From Vicugna vicugna (taxonomy: Eukaryota): DNA of 64,000 bases. Shown in pieces: positions 39,850 to 50,593 of this stretch. Both the position numbers and the translations under genes were made by a program. The stretch spans positions 1,116,001-1,180,000 of the forward strand of contig MU063499.1 in assembly GCA_013265495.1 (NCBI GenBank), written 5' to 3'. The notes under the pieces were generated by a model. The model had not been told where the DNA came from and ran no database searches. It saw nothing but the letters and a program-made list of their open reading frames with translations. Each line of letters begins with the position of its first letter. Within the stretch, counting starts at the first letter, position 1.

Positions 39850-42800
39850 TCACAGATGGTACTTGTAGATGGCCCAAGGGCCCTCCTCCTCGTACTCATG
39901 GCGGCTGAGCCACAGGCTCTGGAAGGAGTCTCGGGACACCATGATGGAGCCTCCGAGCCAAGCAGCAACAGCACGGTGCGGAGAGCCCAGTACAGTGGCA
40001 CAAGGGCCCAGTTCCTGTCTCAGGCGTTCAGGAAAGCCATTCAACAGGGTGCTACCACCATCCAGCACCACATTAGCCAGCAGCTGCTCCTGCTGCTTGG
40101 CCTCCAGACGGCTGATACTTAGGAGGGCTAGTTGTGGGAGGCCTGGCTGATTGAAGCCTAGCAGATTGGGCTGGAAGAGGGCCTCGGGGCAGCAGAAGCG
40201 CTCAGAGCCCAGCGTGATGACCTGCTTGTCTGGAAGCACAAAGTCCACCCGGGCCTGGGCCTGGGCACGGGCCATCTCGGCTGTCATGTCCATGGCCACA
40301 TAGCAGCAAGCCTCTTTAATCTGGTTGACCAGCTCTGCCTTGGGCGGTGAGTGGCCACTTGCCAACAACAGCTGAGCCAGGTATTCAGTGAGGTCAGCAC
40401 CAGCCACATCCAGCCGGTAGGTGTCCAGTGGGGCCAGATCCCCGGTGATGATGGGCGCCACATAGGAAGTGCCATGGCCACTGCCCAGCACCAGCCCAGT
40501 GGTGCGCCCATAAGCATAGAGCGCCAGCAGGGCCTGATGCACCGTCTGCATAGCTGGCACATGGAAACGCTCAAAGAGTATTTCAGCTACCTTTTCTCGG
40601 TTGGTGCGCGGTGAGATGGGTGAGTCAGCTACCAGCACCGCCAGCTCCTCGGGCCGCACACCCAGCCTGCAGTAGAACAGGTGCTGCCACAGCACCTCCA
40701 GCGCATCCCAGTCGGAGACCACTCCTCGATTCAGCACTGAGTAAGAGCCCTCTCGTTTCTCAGGCACTGCATACCTGGGCTGGCCCTGAACCGGGTGCTG
40801 GAGCAGCTGTACGCGTGAGGGCACTACACTCAGGACATGGTCTTCTCCAGCCAGTCCACACTTGGTGAAGCCTGTGCCTGTGTCGATCACCACAGCTGCC
40901 ATGTCCTGGTAGGGGCCCAGAGTGTGGCGGCAGAGCACTGGGGACTGCACTGGCAGGGTGTTCATGGTGGGCACCAGCTCATAGCAGGCCCCTCGGAGCA
41001 GACCAAGGTGTGCGACCACTGGTGAGTGTGTAATGTCCTCAGCTGTCAGCTTGAACCGGGGACCTTGGAGCTCAGGGCCCACCATGGCCATGGGCAAGAC
41101 CTTGCAACCAGTGCCAGATGTGGTGAATGGGATCAGGGACAGCTGCGCCTCTTGGGCCCTGGGAGAGCAGCCAGGTTGCCAGGATGAGAGCTGATGTGTG
41201 CTGGAGCTTTGAGTAGCACTGGCACCAACTTTTTCTCTGTTCACAGAGACACAGGTCTCCTCAGGGGGCAGGGGCACCCGAACCACCCCCACGTGGGTAC
41301 GTTGGCCCAAGGGCTCATGTTCCTGGCACAAGGTGGAGGCCTGACCAGGTTCCCTAGTGGCAGGGGGCCCTCGTGAGAGGGTAGGCACAGTGGAGATGGG
41401 AGGCACTTGGGAAAAGGGAGGCTGCAAAGTGAGAGAAAGCTGCCTGCCATTAGGTGTCCCAGGAAGAGGGGGCTGACCAAGAAGGCAAGTCTGCTTGGTG
41501 GAGGGGGCCTGCTCAGCTACGGGTGGCTGTCCCGAAAGGTAGGTCTGCCTGGTGTGGGGACAGTGCTCTGCAGAAGGAGGCTGACTGGTTGAAGGGGGCT
41601 GTCTGGCGAGGGTACACTTCTCGGCTAGTGGGGGCTGACCACCGAGGGGACCCTGCCCAGCATCTTGGACCTGAGGGTGGTCAGGATGAGGAGTAATGAC
41701 CTCTTTCTGACCGTTGCTGCCTACATCCTTCTGGAGCTGGGGTCTGGGCACATCCTGGGTTTTGGCTGGTGGTACATGCTCTGGGCTCTGCTCTGAGTTC
41801 ATCCACTGCAATTTCTTGGCCTGGACCATAGAGGTATTCTGCATCCTGGAGGCATCCAGCATCCAGATGGTGCGACTAGCTTCATTTTTTTCAGCATCAG
41901 GTTTGGACCAGCCAGGACCATGGGCATGGCTAAGTGTCCTCTCTCCAAATTGGAGGGGCATCCCCAGTGGAATGGGCCCAGTGAGCATCCCCATCCTGAT
42001 GGGTGTCTCAGTACCAGGGGAGTCCACTGACTCCAGGTTGACCCTGGCCTCCTTGGGAACCAGGGCCACCTCTCGGTAGCTTCCAGATGAAAGGCTAGAG
42101 GGCACAGGGCTGGACACCATGGGCGTGGTAGACCAGAGGCTGGAGCGATTGCTGTCAGGGGAGAGAATGGGCATGGCTAATGGCCGGGTAGACAGCGTAT
42201 TTTCAGAGGCACGGATGGATGAGTGGCTGGGCATGAGGCCCACCAGCACTGCGCGTGAGCCCATGGGGTCGTGGCACAGTAGCCCCATCCTGGTATTGCC
42301 TGTGGCCATATCAAACACCAGCACACGGTCTTCTACAGCATCCTGGAGCTGACAGGTAGGGGCACTGGAGAGGGGTATCTGCATGGCTTCCCTGGGAGTC
42401 TCTGCCGGGGACTGCTTGTGGTAGTTTACTTGGTGGGCAGACAGGGGCACATTGGAGCAGGTGTTGTCGCAAACATTGAAGGGCTGCTGATCTGGCTGAG
42501 AGCTGCAGATCTCCTGGCTACCCCTCTGGGACTTGGGGGTCCCTGGGGGCCCTGAGCCTGGTTTTGGGCTGCTTGGCCTGGAGGTACAGACCAGGGGCTT
42601 CTCCAGTTGGTTTTCAGGCTTCTTGGGTAACACAAGCCTTCTGGCAACCTCGAGCTCCTGGGCCTGGTCTGGGGACTGATTTGGAGTGGGTGCTGGGGTG
42701 GGAGGCTCATCCTGAGAATGGAAATTCACTTTGTCCTGGCAGGATGTGACCCCTTTGGAAGACTCCGAGTAGATTGACCATTGATTGCCATGATTCCTGG

Positions 42801-43602
42801 GAAAGAGGTCTTGGGACAGGCCCTTGGTGATGGCATTAGTATTAGTCAGGGGGTCGAGGTTGCAGGTGTAAGTTTCAACTGCTACTGATATTGGGGTTGT
42901 ATCCAGAGCTGGAATATTTGCCTGAGTTGAAGCTGGAGGAGCCTGAGTTGGACATGGACACTTGTCCTGGTCCTGATCTTGCACTGGGGCCAGAAGAGGA
43001 ACTTGGGCTGCAGCTGAGCCATCCTCCCCTGGAAGAAAACAGGGTAGCCACCGGCTCTTTCTAATGCCCATTGGGGCTATCTGATCAGGGCTGCAGGGGC
43101 CTCTGCCCCAGCCTACTAGAACTTTAGCTGGAGCCTTGCCCTCCCCCGAAATCTGCACCTGAAGCCGGGAGCAGCAGAGTCCGTGCTGGGCCATGTCACT
43201 GGTACCGTCACTGCGCGTGCACACAGGTAAGGCCAGGGTCCTGTTCTCCATGTTGAGATGTGTTTGGGCTCCCACGACGGGGCTTGGAAACGGGCTAGTG
43301 GAGGAGAGGGTCAGGGCATCCTGGGAGGCCTGCTCACAGCCACATTGGGAGCTAACCTGAGCAGGGTCCTGGAGTTGCTGGTGAGTGGGCTTGAGGGTGT
43401 GGGTCTGGGAGCCTGGGCCATAGGCCCCATCAGTGATGGCCTTGGTGGACAGTGACAAGCCCTGCCTCAAGTATACAGATCCTGAGTTTATCCAGGGTCC
43501 CTGGGACCCTCTAAGGCCACCCCCCAGCTGCTGGCTACCAGCCAAGGGGTGGCCCTGGGGGCCTGATGGATCAGGGTCCCCCACTTTCTTGTTGACTTCC
43601 AT
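39850..43602 (-). CDS. ACTL11: Actin-like protein 11: intronless 1250-aa ORF, 900-aa low-complexity N-terminus plus C-terminal actin-related domain
   Basis: Uninterrupted 3753-nt ORF; ATG in strong Kozak context (ACTATGG) with an in-frame TGA 39 nt upstream. Residues 901-1250 (39850-40902) align to actin: VVIDTGTGFTKCG, GVVSDWD, NREKVAEILFE, YAYGRTTG, RLDVAGADLT, ERFCCPEALFQP, GGSTLLNG, WLGGSI. Sits between CAMKV and MST1R, where ACTL11/ACTL11P lies in mouse/human. Confidence 0.92.
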   Translation of the reverse strand: MEVNKKVGDPDPSGPQGHPLAGSQQLGGGLRGSQGPWINSGSVYLRQGLSLSTKAITDGAYGPGSQTHTLKPTHQQLQDPAQVSSQCGCEQASQDALTLSSTSPFPSPVVGAQTHLNMENRTLALPVCTRSDGTSDMAQHGLCCSRLQVQISGEGKAPAKVLVGWGRGPCSPDQIAPMGIRKSRWLPCFLPGEDGSAAAQVPLLAPVQDQDQDKCPCPTQAPPASTQANIPALDTTPISVAVETYTCNLDPLTNTNAITKGLSQDLFPRNHGNQWSIYSESSKGVTSCQDKVNFHSQDEPPTPAPTPNQSPDQAQELEVARRLVLPKKPENQLEKPLVCTSRPSSPKPGSGPPGTPKSQRGSQEICSSQPDQQPFNVCDNTCSNVPLSAHQVNYHKQSPAETPREAMQIPLSSAPTCQLQDAVEDRVLVFDMATGNTRMGLLCHDPMGSRAVLVGLMPSHSSIRASENTLSTRPLAMPILSPDSNRSSLWSTTPMVSSPVPSSLSSGSYREVALVPKEARVNLESVDSPGTETPIRMGMLTGPIPLGMPLQFGERTLSHAHGPGWSKPDAEKNEASRTIWMLDASRMQNTSMVQAKKLQWMNSEQSPEHVPPAKTQDVPRPQLQKDVGSNGQKEVITPHPDHPQVQDAGQGPLGGQPPLAEKCTLARQPPSTSQPPSAEHCPHTRQTYLSGQPPVAEQAPSTKQTCLLGQPPLPGTPNGRQLSLTLQPPFSQVPPISTVPTLSRGPPATREPGQASTLCQEHEPLGQRTHVGVVRVPLPPEETCVSVNREKVGASATQSSSTHQLSSWQPGCSPRAQEAQLSLIPFTTSGTGCKVLPMAMVGPELQGPRFKLTAEDITHSPVVAHLGLLRGACYELVPTMNTLPVQSPVLCRHTLGPYQDMAAVVIDTGTGFTKCGLAGEDHVLSVVPSRVQLLQHPVQGQPRYAVPEKREGSYSVLNRGVVSDWDALEVLWQHLFYCRLGVRPEELAVLVADSPISPRTNREKVAEILFERFHVPAMQTVHQALLALYAYGRTTGLVLGSGHGTSYVAPIITGDLAPLDTYRLDVAGADLTEYLAQLLLASGHSPPKAELVNQIKEACCYVAMDMTAEMARAQAQARVDFVLPDKQVITLGSERFCCPEALFQPNLLGFNQPGLPQLALLSISRLEAKQQEQLLANVVLDGGSTLLNGFPERLRQELGPCATVLGSPHRAVAAWLGGSIMVSRDSFQSLWLSRHEYEEEGPWAIYKYHL

Positions 43603-43640
43603 AGTCCTGCTCCATGCCCTAGGTGCCCTGCCCCCACTTC

Positions 43641-43654
43641 ATTGCCATGGCAAC
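43641..43654. promoter_or_regulatory. RFX X-box in the ACTL11 proximal promoter
   Basis: ATTGCCATGGCAAC, 39 bp upstream of the ACTL11 ATG. Confidence 0.7.
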
Positions 43655-45679
43655 TCCACACATCACAGCCCCCAGTGACCTGGGGGAGGGTGATAGAGTG
43701 TGGGAAACCAGGGGCCCCACCCCCCTGAGGAGTGGGGGCCTGCCCATGGAACCCTGGGGGACAGAAAGGCCAAGGGATGCCAGTGGCCATCCACTGGACT
43801 GGCCAACTCTGGACTGGCCTCCTCTCTCCTTGCCAGCCAGGTGACCACTCGGCCCAGGCCAGCCCTTGCGTGAGGGCAGTGCTCCTGGAGGTGGGAGTGT
43901 GTATAAGGCCAAGGGAGAAAGGTAGGCAGAGGAGATGCTGAGGAAGCCCCTGCATTCCCAGTCTACCTCAGATGCCAGACTTACTCTTTCTGCCCAGTTC
44001 CCAAGTGGCAACTTGAGACTTAAACCCTGACCCAGGGATGCAGTTCCAAGTGTGTGACATGAGGCCCTTTGGGGGTCCAAAGCTCCTTCACCACTCAGTC
44101 CTAAGAGGCAGAAGTGGGTGAGGGGCCCAGGCTCAGGCCCAAACTCCCCTCCCCCATGTTCCCCGGCTCCCACTCCAGGGACAGCAGCTCCTTGGCAGTC
44201 TTTCTGCTCCAGATGGTTCTCCTCTGCCTGTGCCTCCCAGAGCCCCCTCCCCAGAGCCACATGTCCTTGAGGCCCAGGACCAGTATCTCACAGGGGTGGG
44301 GATGGGCACAACTTGGACGGGGGTGGGGCCTCTGCTCAGAATCCTCAAGTCAGAATGTTCTAGCCTTTGTCACATTGTGTCAATTTCACCTTGGCCAGAA
44401 GGAGGCTAGAACACTGGGCATAGGCCTAGGCCACAGTGGACACTGGGCCAGTCAAGTCACAATTACAGGATGGGGCATAGTGGGGATACAGTGGTTACAG
44501 GGCCATTCTCACAGTGGGCAGAGGGCTCGCTACACAATGGGGGTATGGTGGGTGTGGGACTGGACACACAGTGGGCACAGCTGCATACATAGGGAGGACA
44601 AGCTGGACAAAGGAATAAACTTGGAGAGGCATACAGGAAAGGAAGCTGTCAGACCAGGTGGGCAGTTCCACCCTCCATTTCTTAGATGGGCAAACTGTGG
44701 GTCAGGGAGGAGTAGGACCTGCCTGGCCCACCATCCCAGGCCCAGATGTGCCCTGCAGCCACAGAGGACAGGCCTAGTTTGGGGTACCACCTATTTCCAC
44801 AGGCCTGGCTCTGGAGTTCTGCCTGGGGCAGGGTCAGACCCTCCACCCTCCCTCAGCTATGAGCTCTGGGTCTCCTCCCTCTGTTGTCCAGGGCTGGCCT
44901 CTCAGGCCTCAGTCTTTCCACCTAGGAAACAGGTCTGTGGAGAATGCAGCTGTAGGCTTGTCTTCTGAAGCAGTGTGTTTTCACAGGAGTTAAAAATAGT
45001 GCTTACAGTTGGGCTGTGGGGTGTGAAGCGATGTGACCAGGGACCAAGGCTAGCACTGAGCTCTATCTGCACATTCCTGACTCGGGATTGGGCACAGCCT
45101 GACTCAGTCATGTCTCAGGCCCCCCGGGACCCCTCTCCCTTCCCCAGATGCTGCCTTCAGTTCCAAATGAGGACAGATGCCTCTGCTTACCACACACCCA
45201 GGAAGGTGGCAGAACCCCAGGGTCTGTGGCTTGCACGTGTGTGCATACGCACACATACTTGCTGAGCACTGTTAACTTCGTTAATCTCTTGCCTGGAGCA
45301 AACTGTTTTTTTATATTTTGTTTTGTTTTTCCCCACAAGAGAGATACTAGTAGCAGCCTCTGATGCTCTTGCAGCCCTTCAGCTGGGCTGCACCTGGGAG
45401 GGCTGGGGAGGCATGGAGGGAGGACCTGAAAGCTCCTGCCTGTCTGACCACTGAGCCATCCCCAACATCCTGCGGAAATGAGGCGTAATCATCCTTTCCA
45501 GGGCTGGAGTCCTTGTGAACTACTGACCTGAGAAGGGTGTGGCCTGTGAAGGAGGGACCAAAGAAGGCAGTCTGGAGAGAGGAGAAGGCTCTTCCTACCT
45601 GGAAAGCAAACACCCTTGAGAGCAACAAGAAGAGTGACAACTACTGACTGGGTCCTTCCCTGGGCCAGGCAGCGCTGAG

Positions 45680-45840
45680 CATTGTAACCCAGCTTCACAG
45701 CAGTTCAGTGAGCCGGAGACAATCATCCTTATTTTACAAACGAGGAAATCAAGGTACAGAGGGGAGAGAACTCACAGGGGTCGCAGCTAATGAGTTGTCG
45801 AGCCAGAATCCAAAGCCAGGCCACCAGGCTCTAGATACCA
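45680..45840 (+). mobile_element. MIR SINE
   Basis: ATCATCCTTATTTTACAAACGAGGAAATCAAGGTACAGAG core. Confidence 0.7.
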
Positions 45841-46352
45841 CACTTCAGGAACCTATGGTGCCACCACTGGGTGCCTGCCCAGGGCCATGTAGGCACGGAC
45901 CCTCCTGGAGGGGAGCCAACATGCCTTGCTTCTGAGTGCTGCCTCCCCAAACTCCAACCCACATGGACCTGCTCCTCTTCCCAACAGCTTAGCAGGTGGG
46001 CATTTTTAGGAGGGGAGCATTTTTTCCTTTTCGTGCCACTAAATCAGTGCCCTCCCAGGAACCTGGCGGTGCTGAGTAGGGGCTAGTTACATACCTGGGG
46101 GACCAAGCTGAGTCCTTTGTAGTCAGAATTCTTGGCTGGCTGAAGCCCCTTCCGTTTCATCCAGCCGAGGGGAGGGGCAGCAGGGCAGTTTAGAGAGGCT
46201 CCCAAGCTGGGCCTCTTCTGCCCAGCCCCCTGGGATCAGGCAGGGACATTGCCCCTGTACCCCTCCCCCCAACATGTTTTTAAATAGTCTCTCACCAGGA
46301 AGAAGGGCATCCAATTCTATTTCTGATTCTGGAAAGTGAGGAGGGCCAACAT

Positions 46353-46366
46353 GTTACCATGGAAAC
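46353..46366. promoter_or_regulatory. RFX X-box (perfect GTTNCCATGGNAAC)
   Basis: GTTACCATGGAAAC, 2.75 kb upstream of the ACTL11 ATG. Confidence 0.65.
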
Positions 46367-49300
46367 CTGGAGAGCCCCTCCCCCAGGCTGAGCCCATTCC
46401 CCAGGCTGAGAGCTGTCTGGGATGAAGGGGCCCAGAAGCAACAGGAAGGAGTTCAGTCTGAGGGCAAGGCCAGGCAGAGGCTCCTCTGTGAGGGCAGATT
46501 CCAGCATTGCCTCCCTTCACACTTCACCTGACCCCTTCCAGGCAGGCCTAGAGAGAGGGGGAAGGCCCCTGTGGAGAGGGTCAGACTTCAGGAGATGGGG
46601 TGAGTCACCTCACTCTGAGAAACCCTCCTTCCCTGTGGATCAGGCTGGAATCCTCCCACCAAGGAGGCCTGGAGGATGGTGGGTAGGAAGGGCATCAAGA
46701 GGAGAGGCATAGGAGCTCCATTCTACCCAGAGCTCCGTGACCAGCCGAGTCTTCCAGACCTGCTTCTCCCACACAGACGTATTTTTGGCTCTGTTGTGTT
46801 CTCAGGAGTCAGCTCTGTCAAGTCCCTGGCCCTGCACTCTTCCAGTCTACCTGCCTTCCCCTCCTGGGACTCTGGGAAGACTCTAAACATCTCCAAAAAC
46901 CTAGGATCAAAAGGAGGCTGAGAGGGCTCCCAGTGCAGCCAACCACTTGATAATGGAGTGAAAATCAATGCCTGTTTCCCCAGACATTCATCCCTGCCCA
47001 CTGTCCAGGGGCTCACACACCAGCCCTTCTATCCCAGAGGCTGTACATGGGTAGCATTTAGATCTGTGGAGGGAGGGCACCCCAGATAGGGGAACAGCCC
47101 AGGCAAAGGCAGGCTTTTGAAGAGACCCAGAAGGACATTGTGATCAACCCTCTCTAGGTACTGATGGGAAACCAAAGCCCCCGAGGACAAAGGCTGCACT
47201 CTTGGTCTCTCAGCTCTATACACAGCACTCTGCGTTTTCCTCTCCTCCCTGTGAACCCTAACTTCCTGCTTCCCTGGCAGTCTCTCCTGGTCAGTGTACC
47301 CATTCCTTGGAGGCAACACCATGTTTGAAGGAGCTGGCACACCTTCTCTCTGCCCACCCACCTGGCCCCAAAGGAACGCAGTCACGGTGCAGGGAACCCC
47401 AGTCCTAGAGGAAGCTATGGCAAGATGAGGGGTGATAATCCACTCCTCGTCTGGGATGTGAAAGGCAAAACCCAAGAGTGCAGGAGGACGTGGCTCTTGA
47501 GCTCTAAGGCACGGAGAAATTCAAATAACAACTGTTTAAACAACCTTCCCTGCAAGCCATGGTGCAGTGACCCCTCTGCTGTGATGTGTTACAGCTTAAA
47601 AATAGCCCACAATGAACCGCTCTGAGCTCCAATTGACTCAAGCTTACGTAACTCTGAGTGAAAGATGGCCAGCCGCACCAGCCAGGAGGGAGGACCACAG
47701 CACAGCCACCCTGACAGCTGTCCACAGCTGGCTTAGGGACTGGAGCGAGCGCCTTACCCTCCCTGGGAGTAGGAACCAGCAAAGGATGAGGGGAAGGAAT
47801 TGCTGTCAGAACATGCAGGAATTCATGACTGCCAAGAAGAGACCTCCGAGCACACCTGCAAAGGGGGTGTGAGGAGAGCTGCCCTCCCTCAGGGTCCCTG
47901 AGGAACCCAGGCTCAGTGGAGGATGGGGGTGACTAAGAACTGCTGGCTGGGTTAGAGAGACCAGGGTGGGCACTCACGAGGGCAGAGTGACTGGGGCCAC
48001 CCAAGGAATTCCTTTTCCTTTGGAGAGGGGGCTCCCCAGAAACATGTCAGCAGGACCGATGCCAGGTCATCATCTTTAGACCTGAAGAACCCAGGCCACC
48101 CAGGAGGCCACCATAGCCAGAGATGAATGTGGTAGCTGTCCAGGCTCTCTTGGCCTCTAGGCTTGTTGGGTTAAAAATCTCGACTTGAATAAGCCTCAAA
48201 AGAATGAAGGGAGAGACTGAGGCTCAGCTGGCCCCTCTGTGCCAGATGGGAAATGTTGGGGGTGGTTCAGCAAGTCATCCCACCTCCTGGCTGGTTGGAC
48301 TCTCACATGGGCAAAGCATAGGCTTGGGGTGAAGAGATGCTCAGTTCCTGAGGTCTTCAAGGAGAAATTTTCCAGCCCAGCATGAGTAAAAGGAGCCTGG
48401 CAGATCCCAGACCAGGGCTCAGCTTCTGATTCCCAGGGCTGCTTCTCTCCAGGCTGAGGCAGTAAGTGCAAGAGATGTGTCCTGGGCCTTCCAAAGCCTC
48501 AGAAACTTGCAGCTGCCCCCATGTCCCCTGACCCTGCCTGGCACTGAGGGGTCCTGCTCTCTCCTAGAAGTGAGGGGAGTCAGTTCCTGAAATGGCAGCA
48601 GAGGTGGACCCGGGACCTCATGGGCTGCACCAAGGGAGTGACTGATGAAGCTGCTATTTCAGGAAGGTCTCAGAGTTGAAATGAGGCTATGCCTGGAGCC
48701 CTCAGGTGTGACTCCCAGAGCGCCTTGGGGTCTCTGAGGAAACTCTCTGAAAGGCTAAGGCTTTGGCATAAGGGGAATCTCAGACCAGACTCATGGGCCC
48801 CCGTCAAAGCAGGTGGGTCTACCCTGTGCATGCCCTCCAGGTGCCAGACAACATGACACCAATGGGCAGTCAGGAGGGTGTGAGTCATCTGCTGCCACCT
48901 CAGCCCCGGCTCCCATCCTGGCCTTCCTCCAGCCTTTACTGGCAACTGCTTGCCCCCCAGCCTCTCTGAAATTGAGGCAGAGGAGCTGATACTTGCTGTC
49001 TACAACTCATGATGGGAAGACTGGACTCCCAGAGCCCTAGAGAAAAACCCGTCCTCACCCCATCCCACCCTCATGGCAGGCCTAGGCCCACCATGTCCAC
49101 CAACAACTTTCCTCTTGCTCCAGCCACTACTCAGTACCCCCCCCAGGAGAAAGGCAGCCCAGCCTTCACTAGCCCTGGAAGCCATTCAGAAAACTCCTGG
49201 TCCCCCCAGCCCATCTGGGGGCCTAGATATAACCCTCCCTTCCTCTCCTCCCTGGTGGCCCGGTCAGGAATCTGAAGCCCTGAAGCAGTTCCAGCTCCTA

Positions 49301-50593
49301 ACACTCCAGATGGACTCAGGACTATCAAGTGGCTTTGAGAACAGTTAGGTGCTTGGGGGCTGCAGCATTATGGGGAGGAGATGCAGCTGTGCCAAGCCCC
49401 TGCTTAACTGTGTCCTCTCCTGGGCCTGGAGACCCTTGGCCCAGAAACAGGCCCAAAGTCCCACATTCTGGCTGCACAGGAAACCTGATACCCCTTGAGC
49501 GTCTTCCATCTTCCTTCTCCCAGACTCCTCTCCTTTCTAAGCTTCCCTCCCATCCAGAGACCCCCTTCTTCTCTGAGCCCCTCTCTTACGAACAGGTAAG
49601 CTAGAGGTCCATAAGCTGCAGAGGCTCAGTGGAGAAGGAACCTCAGACCAGCTTCAGAGAAGCCTCTGAACCTTCTCCTCACTCCCCACCCAGGGCTTGG
49701 GGCTTGGATGACCCTTAGATGCCCAGGATGAGGTTAGGGCACGAGGACTGCACCTTGGAAGGCTGGAGACGGTCCTTTCCAACAAGTATGGGGACCACAG
49801 CTCTGGAATACTCCAGCACTGTGGGAGTACAGTCCAGTCTCCTCTCTCCCAGCCTCAGGGGTGACATGATAGGTGGGAGCCCAGGGGTCTCTGGAAGAGC
49901 ATGTAGGGCTACCATCTCCTCTGTGCCTGCACTCATGGGCATTAGAGGTGCAGTCAAACAGGTAGAGACTGAGTCAGCCTCTACCCTTCACCAGCTCATA
50001 GGGCCCTGACCTTCAGACCCCTGCGCTTGAGCGGAGAAGTCTTTTACCTACCTGTCCTCAGGGTCCTTAGGCTCCCCATAGCTGGGCCTCCCTGTGGCCT
50101 GAGGTGAGAGTATGGGTAGAAAACAGCTGGCCAGCTCCAGCCCCAAGGAGACCCAGGGTTCCACAGATGACAGGGCAAAGAGCTGCGGACCCAAAGGAGA
50201 GGCAGTCTACTCCCCTTTGGGTGTGGTGGGGTCTCCCAGCTGGTGGGATAGAGGCCATGGGGATCTGGAGCAAGAGAGAGGAACCACCAGGGTGCATGTG
50301 TTGGGCCCAGTCACCCTGATACCCCAGCTATCTACACCAGCAGGGCCCAGATGCCCCCTCAGCATTGGGGGCGTGGGGGAGGGGTGGGACCAGAAGGAAG
50401 TTGTTCTCCTTCTCCAGTGGAGTCTGCCCCTCCAGTGGGTGTTGTACAGTGGCCTTGATGCGTATAAACAGCCTGAGCAGTCTGCACCTCGACGCTGGTG
50501 AGCCAGCCTTGCTACTGGCTCATCTCTCTCAAGGTTGCAAGAGCAATGTGGTCAGGGATGGGGTGGAGGGAAGCAAGTCTCCACACCTTGACA

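Noticed and set aside
43619-44968. 213-aa and 284-aa minus-strand ORFs upstream of ACTL11 as possible extra exons or genes
   Set aside because: The 213-aa ORF is out of frame with ACTL11, and an in-frame TGA at 43639-43641 closes the ACTL11 frame upstream. Neither shows a recognisable domain; long ORFs are expected in GC-rich DNA.
50455-50505. TATAAA followed by a GTGAG donor on the plus strand, suggesting an antisense promoter
   Set aside because: The implied first exon would be under 10 nt, with no downstream exon or CpG support.
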